Positions 47,834 to 59,324 of a stretch of DNA of 64,000 nucleotides are shown one piece after another. A model generated the notes under the pieces. That model worked only from the letters and a program-made list of their open reading frames with translations. It made no database searches and was not told where the DNA came from. The position numbers and the translations under genes were made by a program. Source of the stretch: Amphiscolops sp. MND2022 (Eukaryota); assembly GCA_964187785.1 (NCBI GenBank), contig OZ076417.1, positions 46,934,001 to 46,998,000 on the forward strand, written 5' to 3'. The first letter of the stretch is position 1; each line of letters begins with the position of its first letter.

Positions 47834-48356
47834 GTCACGGAGAATTAGTTTGGCAAAGGATGCTGGTCAAGCTTTTATGAAAATTGGACGACAAATGAAC
47901 GTTTCAAATTCTTTTCCTTCGTAATTTTTAACGAAATTCTATTGGTCGGTTTTTCCGTTTTCGTTCCGGTGCGTCTCGAGTTGAAAGAAACGAGTTCTTT
48001 CTTACTGCGTTGTGATTGGTCGAAATAATTGAGGAAAACTTCTAATTCTAGTAGCCGTCCTCTTTTTGGTTAATGGCGTAATGACGTCACACAATTTCAT
48101 AGGTGAATTACGCCTGTGTTCCGTGATCTCCTGATGATTTTCCTAATTCTTCTTTAGCATTTCTTGGTGGATTTTTATCCATCTCTAGGATCTTTGGAAA
48201 CGTTTTGTTCCGTCAATGCCTTAATAGGCTTTTATTGGGGTTGAAGATTAGGGAATTTCCATTTGTATAGGAGTGATATTGCTAATTTCCTTTCACTTAG
48301 TTACGTCCGCGTAACGTAATTCTACCTCTTTTTGATTTTTCTCCTTTTTTCTTCAG
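47834..48356. promoter_or_regulatory. Putative internal bidirectional promoter between ORF3 (-) and the antisense cargo gene (+)
   Basis: ORF-poor spacer between divergent genes; ATTGGTCG at 47941 and 48015 (inverted CCAAT); TGACGTCA at 48082-48089. Confidence 0.45.
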
Positions 48357-48757
48357 ATTGCTGTGAAAATCTTTGCTGCTGTTTCCTCTCCATGGATGAC
48401 GATACTGCTCCGCCCCAAGGCACTATCACTGGATTTGTCAGTGGCAATGAGACCAACTTTTGTTATACTGACGATGACGTTGTCTTTTCGGAGGTAGGAG
48501 ACGGCTGTTACTTCTTCAGGTTGGTAAAATCTTTCTGACTTTCGTGGGTAATTGGACTGTTGTTTTGGTGATCAGCCTTTTCAGTCTTACCCGAATACCT
48601 GACGCGTCAAACCAGATCTTGATTTTCAGTAACTCAACCTGGCGCTTCAACTGCAGTTGTTTCCGTAGCCACTGCGGGATTTCCTTCGACAGCGACTACT
48701 GTTCTGCCATCAGTTTCCACTTTTTTATCTGCCAAGCCCACTAGTGCTGTTAACGAA

Positions 48758-51700
48758 ATGTTAACTACTGTACTGACTAGTGCTGGGCCCGCCGATTCTC
48801 TTCCTGTGGACTCTTCTCCTGTCATCGTTGGTCCTAATACACGGGTTGTTGCTGCGAGTAGCGATAGTGAGTCTCAAGAAGGTGAGACAGATCCCCCCGT
48901 CAATAGAAAAACCCGTTGGTATATTCGTTTTTGGTATTATGTTTCTGACAGGGTGATCGAAATTGTTTTTGGTGTTGTAGATGTGAGGGATATTGAGACG
49001 CAAGGGCCTTCCAACATATGTGTGACGCCATCGAAACGGGCGAAGAAGGTTGTCATCGCTCCGCCATCGCCTCCTCCTCTGATGCACGCTTCTACCGGAT
49101 GGCAAAGTAAGTTCTGTTATTGTTATTATTTCTTTCTGCATACTTTGAATTGAGGGGAGTATCAGTGTCGAATTGGTTTGGTTTCTTCGAGGACATCTTA
49201 ATTTCGGTATTCTTTTTCATTGGTTGTTGATGTTGTGTAGGTCACGATGATGAGCAGTTATATGGTTCCGGTGGAGTGACGTTAAGTCCCCAGGACGTAA
49301 TGCGATTGGGTCAGCAACTTGTGGAAGAGGTGAAGGAGAGTACTGCGTTGGCGATTCAAACCGGTTAGTGTTCGCGTTTTTCGCTGTAATCGGGTATTGC
49401 TTCTGTTTTTTCCTTAGGGTCGTCGTTCATTTTCAGTGTAGCGTGGATTTTCTTTATCACTTTCCTATGTTGTTTTGTAGAGTTGCAAGAGTTCAGTGGG
49501 AGGGTGGAGAAGCGTCTAGCCAAGCGAACAGTGAAGACGTACGGGAATCGCAACACATTGCATCGTCGTATGTTGAGTCGCCATCCTGCATTTCCTGATT
49601 TCGTGACAGGTTCTACGACCGGTGAGGGAACTCACTTCCACTGTCGGGTATGCAAGCGTGATGTGGCCATGAAAGCTCAGGGCTCTGGAGAATTTAGTAG
49701 ACATTTCCGCTCTGATGCGCACTGGTTTAAAGACGTTACTTATCGCGTCCATATGGGTCTTCAGGTGCTCAATAGATTGATGGAACCGATGGAGTTGTCA
49801 GCAAGTCAACTGGCAGATTATAAGTCGCGGCCATTTTGTGATCTGAGCGGGGAGTATCCGTTCCCTGAAGATCTGCTGCCTAAGCATTCGAAAGCGGAGT
49901 CGAACGTGCCTTACATGACCTTGGTTTCTTGCTTTTGTGAATTCTTGCGGAATGGTGGTGATTTCAATTATCTTCGTCGTCTGTGGGGCCACTTCTGCGC
50001 GACATTGGGCGACCAAGAACCTTGCTTTCCTTTACGATGGAGCCGTTCGGAGACTGTGGTGAGTTTTATTATTGTTGTTACTTGTTTTGTCGTATATCCG
50101 GGTGAGAGAAAAACAAAAAGGGAATAGGGGGGGGTATGTCTGTTGTAGTTATTGAGAAAGTAGGGTTTCTTTTGTGTTTCAGTCCTTCCTTTGTCGGGGA
50201 TTGGCTCGGCGAGTTCTTCGTCTGATGGTGAGTGACGTCAAATCTTTTGAAGAGTACGGGATGCACTTTGAGAGGTCTGGGAACGTGGAACATTGCTATG
50301 TTCTTTGTTGGGATGGGCTCAATTTGAAGAAGATTTGTGTGGGCGGTCAGTCTTTGGATCAAAAGATGCCCGAACCCGAGTTGCTTCCGTTGGCGCGTGT
50401 AGCGAACTGTCTGGAAGGACGACAATTACCGGTGTCAGTTCTCGGCGCTAGTCCTTCGCTCATTCGCGTGCTAGACACGAACAGGACGGATGATCGTCGT
50501 TTTCTGTCATGGCAGTCGTTTGATGAGGAGGTGTTTCTCCAGTGTTTCCGTCAGTCTCATCAGGACATTTTTGGAATGGTTGAGGTGACGACTGCATTGG
50601 AGTATGTGATTCATCGATTGAAAGGGGCTCTCTACGAGGATTGGACAGAAGACAGACCTCTTCTTCGAGCGTGCATACGGGAAGGCTCCGTTGCATTCTG
50701 CAACCTTCGTGAGATCCTGTCCGATTTGATTGAGCTGTGGCCTTCCATCCGTCCATACATTCGTTACACTGGACATCCTCATTTTAAGAGTGTTGCTGAT
50801 AGGGTGAGTACTATCGTATTATTGGTTGATTTCAATTTTGTGTTATTCTTTTGTTCCCCTCTGTGCTTTTCCTGAGCTATATATGATTTTGGAATTAAGG
50901 TATAGTTTATCTATTTTAGCTGCGCGGCACAGACTTTGAGTTAATTTCCGATAGTCTCATCGTCTATCGTTTTGGCTTCCTTCGACTGCTTTTAGACTCC
51001 TGTAAGTACGGTGGTTTTTCGTTAGAATTGTTCTTTTTCGACTGTTTCTGATTGTGGTAGCGTATTGACTGATGTTTCTTGTCATTGTGGGTGTGCCATT
51101 GCATCTGGTTTCTATCGGCTGTGGCGTCTTGATCAAAGTTTTCACTTCTTCACGATAATTCTTGTGTTTAGATTACTTCAATTTTGAGAAATTGCTTCAA
51201 TGCCGGAGAGATTACGCATTTCATGGGTACGGTGAGGTCTGCAACTTCGTCTACTGTCTGCTGATGCGAACCCGTAAGCTGGCTGATTTGCCTGGTATCC
51301 ATGAGTGGGAAAGTTATATGGATGTGTCAAAACTCTCCTCGTTCGACGTCATACCCATGGAAGAATTCTTGATGGACAGTGATTTTGGTCGCGAATTGGT
51401 TGCTGTCAAGACGGGTGAGATGCGGGAATTCCGAGTTAAATGCCGCGAGTGTATCGATCGGCTTGTGTCTCTGATTCTTGCCAGCACAGCTGTGACTTCC
51501 GGTGTTTCGCGTGGGCTTTATGCTTTCTGTCCAGAGATTATGTTGGGAGGCGACGATCACCATATCTTCGAGCTGTTTGGCTCTCTTTGTGATTTATTCA
51601 GGTCCTGCCGCGTGATGTCTTCAGACGGTTTGAATGCTGTTGCTGCTGAATTCAAAAGTTATGTGATAGAGAAACGCAGGCATTACGAGGATGCGACATG

Positions 51701-52436
51701 CGCTGCAAGTGATATTCCTGACTTAGTTCAGTTTCTGCTGCGGGATTTTGCCTTTCAATCTCGGACTCATGTGTTTCGGCTGTTTAAAATATGCTGTCTG
51801 GTAGTTGGATTGCCAGATAGTAGCCTCCCTGCGGTTACTATTGATCTGGGTGGTAGTGCGTTGAGTCCGGCGATGGTTCAGGATTGTGTATTGATGGTGC
51901 AGTCCCACGTTGTCAATCCGAGTTTCAATCCTCGATTATTTTTTTCGGCGTCCTTACTTGTTGCAGTCCGGGAAGCTATTGCAGAGGCAGGTATCTTCTT
52001 CAGAGTTGCTGATTTTGACATGTGGAAGGATTTTTGCTCTGGTGATATGGAGTCTTTCGTTGGGCATTATAGGTCCTTGTATCATAAGTATTTGTTGGGG
52101 CGACGGAAGGATTACGACACTTTCTATGTGGAAAGCAACAAGGCTAATCGGCGTTCCCGCGAGATCCAATATTCAAGTTCGACTGAGGCCGGAAGTGCTG
52201 CGAGTTCTGTCGTCGGTTCTAAGAAGGCGTCATCAAAGATTGCTTCGTCAAAGTCTGTGAAAGCAAATGCGTCTACTGCTCGTTCATCGGCAAAAGATGT
52301 GAACAGGGAAGATGGAGCTGTTGCGAAAAAGAGTGGCGGAGGCAGTACGTCTAGAAGATCAAAGAAGGGTAAGGGCAGTGATTCTGATGATCCTGATGTA
52401 GTCCACAATTTGAAAAGGAGATCTTCTAAGAATTAA
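48758..52436 (+). CDS. Spliced antisense cargo gene of element C (~970 aa): S/T/P-rich N-terminus, C2H2 zinc finger, hAT-transposase-like body, basic Ser-rich tail
   Basis: Exons 48758-48881, 48981-49106, 49241-49363, 49481-50058, 50183-50803, 50920-51001, 51172-52436. Six GT-AG introns of 99, 134, 117, 124, 116 and 170 bp; all phases match, giving a 2919-nt open frame. The 99-bp intron is in-frame and stop-free, so less certain. The true 5' end may lie upstream (acceptor at 48629; ATG at 48392). Confidence 0.85.
49642..49722 (+). other. C-x2-C-x16-H-x5-H zinc finger in the cargo protein
   Basis: CRVCKRDVAMKAQGSGEFSRHFRSDAH. Confidence 0.85.
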
Positions 52437-52894
52437 TGGACAGTTGTTTATGGATTGATTTCCTGATGAATTGTATCTTCTGATGTACCTGTTATTTGTA
52501 TTCTTTGTTTTATGGTCTGATTGATATCTGTAAATCACGCTAGTTGTTTGTTATAGTTACGTAGTTTTAGTAGAGTGCAAAAATTGATGTAGTCATTCCG
52601 GTTCGGTTTGACATGCTGATTCTTTTGTCTAGTCCTGAGTTTGTCGTAGTTCTCCCGTAGTGACTGAGTCGAGCATTCTGAAGTCAGGATTGATGTTAGG
52701 ACGTGGATTAGGTCTCAAATTGTATCGGCCTACTTTCCTAGGATTATATCCAACGACTATAGGCGGTAGTTCGGGTGTTTTGGGAGGGCTTCCTATAGGC
52801 GGCGGTGCAAAAATATAGGGGTTGTCGCTGACGTCCAAGTTAAATGACGTTATATTGTCGGAGGAAGTTTTATCTTCTGCCGTATTTTCATTTG

Positions 52895-53020
52895 TGGCTG
52901 TTTGAGCCACGTCATTGGCTGTTATACTTTCGCTTGTGGTTGTTTGAACCACGTCATTTTCCTCTGTAATTTCATTTGTGGTTGTTTTAACCACATCATT
53001 TTCCGTTGTAATTTCGTCGC
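52895..53020. repeat. Three ~42-bp (14-aa) tandem units in the integrase C-terminal tail
   Basis: ITTENDVVKTTTNE / ITEENDVVQTTTSE / SITANDVAQT. Confidence 0.75.
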
Positions 53021-56000
53021 GTCCTGTTGTGTCTGTGATTTCTGTAACTGTGGCTTCTTCTGCGGCGTTTTCGGTGTTGTTTCCGAACAGAACTTCTCCG
53101 AATTCAGTTTCCCAAGCTTGCGCGTACCAATTATTGTGGGTTGTTTTAACCTCTGGGTCTGGAAGGTAATCTTCCCTTCTGACTGTTACGTCAGGTACTC
53201 GTTGATTGGGCGCATATAGCCTTAGGCGAATTCTATGGAGGGTTTGAGTATACCTAGTTCCCGTGCGACGTACGACGTAGTTGTTGTTCGAGAGTTTTTG
53301 ACTACTATGTAGGGTCCAGTCCAAATGCAATCTTTAAAGGCAAATTTCATTGACTGATTGTCTGCTTTCGGATTGAGGACGTAGCAGTAATCGTTGACTT
53401 TGAGCGGTGTAGCCGATGCTTTCTTGTCATAGTATTGTTTGTATTTGAGGTAAGAGTGCATTAGATTCTCTTTTGCAGCTTGGTGTATTTTGGCTATTTG
53501 CTTCTGTAGTTGGTCCGTTATTTCTTCGTTGTTATCTTTTTCCCAGTTAGGTTTCAATCCAAGTTTTATGTCCAAAATGTTGTACGGAATGCGTCCATGA
53601 AACACTGTTGTCGGTGAACATCCTAGGCTTTCATGGTAGCTTGTGTTGTAATTCATGACTGCAATTTGGACGTATTTGTGCCACATAGAGCGTCTTTCTC
53701 CCGTTGAAATTTTTAGGGAGGTTTTCAAAGAGGCATGAGTCCTTTCTAGAATGCCAATTGTTTGAGCGTGTTTCGTCGATGCGTGGCTTATCCGTATATC
53801 CAGTGTTTGTGTTATTTGATTGACTACTTCTGACCTGAATTGTGATCCTTTATCCGTTAGAATGACGGTCGGCAGGTAGCAGTGTCGTGTCATGACGTCT
53901 ATTATGCATCGTGCGACTGTTTTGGCTGTCATGTCCTGTGTCGGGTAAGCGAAAAGGTAACGCGAAAAAACATCCATCATCGTTATGATGTGTTGGTATC
54001 CATTTGAGGAAGGTAGATTTGGTAGGATGTCTACTTCTAGGCAGTCTTCTGGTCCCATTGTGAATTCAGTGTTGCTTAGCATTTTTGGGCGTATTTGTCT
54101 TGTGTCAATTCTTTTATTGGCAATGCAGTCTTGACAGCTGGTTACCCAAGCTCTGATTTTACGTGCAAGACCTGGGAAGTAGTATTTCGCTCTGCATTCT
54201 TGTATCATTTTTGTGATTCCTGGGTGTTTATTTGTTTTTCCATGTAGAGTGGCCAAGAGTTCTGGGACTAGGTGTTTCGGAATTATAATTTGATTATGGG
54301 TGACTGATCTGTCTTCTCCATAGTATTTCCGCATCAGAACTCCATCTTTCATTATGATTCTTTCTTCGTGGCGTAATAGGTTTCGTCCTCGTGGTTCAGT
54401 TTTGAGAAGGTGTTTGTCATATTTTTCGTGTGAGATCCGTTGTTTCAGTGCTTTGAGGAGAGGGTCTGCATCTTGCTCGTTTCTGATCCGTGCATTTTCC
54501 TTAATTGCACCGAAGGAGTAGACTGCGGAGTTGAGTGGTATCTTGATGACTTCGGTTACCTTTGTTGATAGTTCTTTCTCATGTTCGTCTAGGGCGCGTC
54601 GCTTGCTGAGTGCTTTTCGGGCAAAGATTTCTTGTTCAGATTCATCTTCTTCATCAGGTAGGAAGAAAAGTTGTTCTTCGTCAGCTACATCTGATGATTG
54701 TAGATTGACCTCAATTGGGGACGTTAGGATGTCGTCTCGTAGTTTAAGTTGTACCTTTTCTTTCGGTGTAAGTTCAAGTCTTGAAAGAAAATCTGCTGCT
54801 GTGTTTTGGGAGCCTGCTACGTGCATAATTCGAAACTTGAACTGTAATACATAGTCGCAGGCATTCCAGAGTGCAGGGGGTGTCGTTTTGGTCTGGAAGA
54901 ATCTCGTTACTGAGCGGTTGTCTGTTAAGACCAGGGTTGGAATTGTTGCTTCCCATAGTATGTTGCTGTATTCGAGGAATGCATGGTAGATTGCTAAGAA
55001 TTCCTTGCTGTAGATAGACATTTTCAGTTGTGCAGGTGAAAAAACTCGTGATCCGAACGCTACTGGTGCGAAGGTTTTCCGTTTGGAGAGTATTTTGCGT
55101 TCATCGTTCTCCTCAATCATGAGGGCGTAGCCTGACGCGCGAAAGCTTGCGTCCGTCATTAGAACGTACTGTTTTCCTGCTATAGGCTGTCTGAGTGCGA
55201 GTCCACAAGCTTCCGCTAAACTGGCGTTGATTTCCTTAAAGTTATCGACAAGTTCTTCTGAAATTCTGATCTTGGAGTCTGCTTTAAGAAGTTCGTACAT
55301 GCCGATGAGTTTTTCTGATAAGCGCGGTATGTAGTTGCGGTAATAGTTAACAAAGCCAATGTATTTTTGAACTTGTTTTTTGGATTTGGGGAAGCGGACT
55401 TTGGAGAGGAAATTTTTGACTTTTTGATCTTGCGGGGCTACTCCGTCGGGGGTGATGGTTCGGCCAAGAAATTCGATTTGGGTTACTCCAAAATGACATT
55501 TTTCGATGGTTAGTTATAGTCCTGCTTTTCTAATGCATTTGAAGACTGCTCTGATGTTTTTTATGAGCTGTTCCGTTGTGTTTGCGGCAATGCCAATGTC
55601 ATCTACGTATTGTGCACATTGGTCGGCTTTGATGACTGAGTCCAGATACTCGCGCATGAAGCTCGAAAAAGCTGATAGGGCTCTGCTTAGTCCTTGTGCC
55701 AGGCGACGGTAGGCGAACGTCCTACTAGCAAAATTAAAAGCAAGTAACTCTACTGACCTTTGGTCTGCCATTTGAAGGCAGTGATACGCCTGGGAGCAGT
55801 CAAGCTTGCAGAATAGTTTTTTCCCTGCTAGGTGTTGTGCCGCATCTGAGAGGGTGCTGACAGGGTGGTTGTTGTTGATGTAGTCATCTGCTATGAGTGC
55901 GTTGATTTTGCGTAGATCCACCAGCAGTCTCAGTTTGCCGTTGGGTTTCCGTTGTGCAAATATAGGACTGGCGTACTTGGAGAAGGGGAGTGTCGTGATG

Positions 56001-57869
56001 ATACCGTATCGGTGCATGAGGGCCAGTTCTACAGTCAGATCTTCTTTGAGGTTGATGGGTACGGGTAGGCTTTGCGTGTAGACTGGTTTGTCGTCTTGTG
56101 GTGTTAGGCTGACTTTGAATTGTGTGTTCATTCCTATGTCTAGCCGGTGTCGAGCGAAGATGTCATTAAATTCGACAATGGTGTCCTCAAGGTTCTCACG
56201 GTCTTTGCCCGCAATTAGTGAGTCTGTCCAATTGAACATTGATAGAAATTTGTTGCGAGACTCTTCGTTTTCGGTTGGGTCAAGTTTTTCTAGTTCGGCA
56301 AGGTCTCGCAGTTCTTTCAAGATTCGCTTTTGTATGGGCGAATGTTCTTGTTCGTTGCCTGGGTGTTCTGGGGTCGGAAACCAGAATTTTTCTTCATTGT
56401 CTTCGGGCCGTTCTACTTGCATTAGTGCGTTGATGTACGTGACCACATCGTCATGGTCATTGAGGAGATTCAGGGCGGCAATGTCAACCGGGCGGATCAT
56501 CTTCGTTTCTTCGGGTTTCAGGATTTGCAGTTCAGCCATTTTGGTGTCGGTGGCTATTGTGTATGGGAAATATGTGGTGTTGGCGATTTTAATTGGGAGC
56601 TTTTTATCTCTGGTTGTTGTAATCGCTGGGGCTACTATTACCTTCGCGCATTCGTCGAATTGTGGTAGGGGTTGTATTGTACCCGTTATTGAGTGTTCGG
56701 TACTCACAGGGATTGTTGCGTAGATGATTCGGGTAGAGTGCGCTGGAATTGTGTGTTTGGCTTCGGTCTTTATCATGATGGGCTTGGGATTGCACTTTTG
56801 TCTTTCGTCTGTGAGCGCCATTGTGATTTGGATTTTGGGAAAGTCGATGGTTCCTTGTGCCGTGTCGAGAATTGCGGCATGCTTGCGTAGGAACGCTAAT
56901 CCGATTATGGGAAATGACGTTTGATTCATGATGATGAATGTTTCTTCAAAGGTGTAATCGCCTATTTTGAAACGTAGGGTGTACGTGGCGAGTGGTTGTT
57001 CTAATTCAGCATTGGCATATTGCACTTTGAAAGGGGGTGGGGGTGCTTTATTGACGATGCACTGACTAGCGTGCTGTCGGAGTCTTTCAGCGTCTCTTTC
57101 ACTAATAGCGTTAATGTACGCACCTGAGTCAACTAAGGCGTCGATTTTGACCATGTTGAATTCGACTGGTAGAAAAAGCATTCGTTTTTTCTTCTTGAGG
57201 GCGATGGAAGACATTAACGGAATGTAGTCGTCATCTTTGTCATGTTGAATGAATTCTTTGATGGCATCTAGATCTTCGGGTAATTTTGAGGGACATTCCG
57301 TGATTTCTACGTCGTCATTCATCAGTGTTGTGACGGGCGCAATTTTTGGAGAGGTTACTGGAGGGTCGACATTCTCTCGTGTTGTTCGCCGTTGTTGTGC
57401 TCATATTGTTTTGTCTTCAATGCAGATGATATTTTCGGCATCTATCGGTGTGGAGGTGATGGTGGCGGGTACTGTTGGGGATGGTGTTGTTCGTTTTAAA
57501 ATTGGCGATGGTGGTGATGGTAGGTCCATGATTTCTGTGGATTGAGCTTGGGGGTTTGAGACTTGTATTTTGAAGGAGAGTTTGTTAGTATCATAAATGG
57601 TTGGTTCGTCCCAAGGATCGCATCTGTAGTCTCTATCGTAAATGTAGATACGCTCGGTTTTTGATTCCGGCAAGGGTCTCTTGAGTGTTGCATAGTTATC
57701 CGGTGATTCAGTTATCCATTGGGGTAGTGGCGTTGGATCGTCTGGGTGTCTGGCATTGTGTCGGAGGATCATGCCTACATTCCAACGACGTTGCCAGTCC
57801 TGAGTTGGTTCCTCGTTACACTCTGTGAAAAAGTCTTCCTCATACCTATTTGGGGGGTCTTCGATGGTG

Positions 57870-57925
57870 TACGCCCCCGCGTCTACTTTTTCCCCGAAGC
57901 GTAGGCGCGGCGACTTCAGTTTTTT
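57870..57925 (-). promoter_or_regulatory. Putative -1 programmed ribosomal frameshift signal (A_AAA_AAC at 57925-57919, then TGA and a GC-rich stem)
   Basis: The -1 frame is open from the heptamer into the pol ORF at 57772; downstream CCGCG-C-CTAC can pair with GTAG-A-CGCGG; the same heptamer-plus-stop occurs in element B. Confidence 0.75.
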
Positions 57926-59324
57926 GCTTGGGACGACGTTGTAGGTACGGGTTGTTCGTCAATCTTGTTTGTTGGGATATTGAACTCACGTTTGCGTTTT
58001 CTGGGGTCGTTTGCCGCATTGGCTCCGTCCCAGCAATTTTCGGTTTTGTGCATTTCCCACAAGTATCGCATTTGGGTTTAGTTGTATCTGTTTGTTTGGT
58101 GTCTGTGGTACCTGTTTTTGTGGCGTAGTACCTGTCCTTACGGAGGCGACTGCATTGTGCCTTGTAATGGCCATATTTCCCACAGTGGAAACAGTAACCT
58201 CTCTGTTGTTGTTCTCTCTTATCATCCGCCACTGCTGTGTCCACAGTGTTGAGAGGGACTAGGGTGGTTTCATCGGGCGCTCCTAGTCCGTTGAGGCGCA
58301 TTTCGCGTTCAAGGTGTAAAACAATATCGTTATAGGGTTTGTCTTCTAGGTAAGCTCTATTAAGGATCTTTTTTACGTGATCCGGCATTTTAGCGTATAT
58401 GGCTTTGTAGATGAACTTCTGGGCTTCTGAGCCAAACGCTTCCTTTGCGGTTTTTTGTAACTCATTAGGAAATTCGTGGAGTTTTTGTTTAGTGGGGTCA
58501 AAATGCAGCGCATCCCACTCGCATCTCGCTTTAGCGGATGATTGGAAATCGCCAAAGCGACGTTTGAATGCTGTTATGACTTCTTCTAGGTTGTCTTTTT
58601 TAGTGTCGTCTAGATTACAATACGCTTGTAGCGCGTTTCCTCGTAGGAGTGAATGAAAGTAGTTGATCTTTTGTATCTCGGTTAGGTGAGGGTACATTTT
58701 GATATTGTTTCTAAAGAGGTCCTCGAAAAGTTCGAATTTCTCGGAATTACCGTCAAAGGCTGGAAGCGAAGCTGTCAAAGCTTTCGGCATCGGGGGTAGA
58801 TTGGCAGTTGGGAATGTCTGCGGGTGTGGTGCGAACAGGATCTTAGATGTAGAAGGACGGTCTTTTGTTTGTTCATTGGATGCACGTTGTTGTTTCAATC
58901 TTTTCGTGGGTTGGTTGGTAGAGTCATTGAGGACTCCTGTCACCATGTCACGACTATTCATCGGAGTTGTTTTAGAGTTAGTCGCAGTTTGTGTTTTGAC
59001 TGGGGTAGATGTTCTAGTTGCAGAGATGTTTTCCTGGTCCGAATCGGAATCTTGGATGTTTGAACTAATTGGACGTTTTTTACTCACAGGTGCTATGAGT
59101 TTAAGCATTTCCTTTTGGTTTTCAGCGAGTGTTTTTGTCAAGTCAAACATAATCTCTTTCCTTAAAGTTGTCTTTAATTCTTCTAAATTCTCAGGCTCGA
59201 GTCTAGGGTTTTTACTAGAACTAGCTATCAGGTTTCCAGTAGAATTGTTCTCAGTTAAAGAAGCTTCGAAATCTCCTGACACTAACTCAGCTACAGCTTT
59301 CCTCTTCTGGCTTCTGGTAGTCAT
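57916..59324 (-). CDS. gag: gag of element C, starting inside the 5' LTR; 1-nt frameshift near 58053
   Basis: ATG 59324; reads across the LTR end and PBS (CGT GAC ATG GTG ACA GGA); LPAFDGNSEKFELFEDLF capsid-like region; CFHCGKYGHYKAQC knuckle; restoring one A at 58053-58055 gives a second knuckle CDTCGKMHKTENCW and the stop ...AKN* at 57916. Confidence 0.9.
58933..58945 (-). promoter_or_regulatory. PBS of element C (TGGTGACAGGAGT), probably tRNA-Leu type
   Basis: Directly follows the LTR terminal GACA; from recollection, resembles the tRNA-Leu(CAG) PBS TGGTGTCAGGAGT with one mismatch. Confidence 0.75.

Larger units (their letters stand above)
52629..57925 (-). pseudogene. pol: pol of element C (PR, RT, RNase H, integrase with GPY module) with two in-frame stops and one frameshift
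   Basis: ORFs 57401-57772, 55514-57322 and 53222-55300 share one frame, separated by single stops (TGA 57401-57403, TAA 55514-55516); a 1-nt shift at T5 53295-53299 joins 52629-53330. Motifs: LVDSGA; LDCSQAY and QYVDDI; MTDASFRASG; HPG...CQDC, LEVDI, TDKGSQF, ILERTH; WTGPY. Confidence 0.95.

Noticed and set aside
47007-52628. env gene in the post-pol region of element C
   Set aside because: No signal peptide, furin site plus fusion peptide or TM anchor; the hydrophobic stretch at 48882-48980 is better explained as an in-frame intron.
47834-52628. Nested autonomous hAT transposon as the explanation for the cargo gene
   Set aside because: No TIRs or 8-bp TSD seen, catalytic motifs absent, and a homologue occupies the same position and orientation in element B.
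57401-57403. Programmed read-through of the TGA in early pol of element C
   Set aside because: The context TGA-GCA is not a known leaky context; a CGA-to-TGA CpG transition is simpler, and a second stop exists at 55514.
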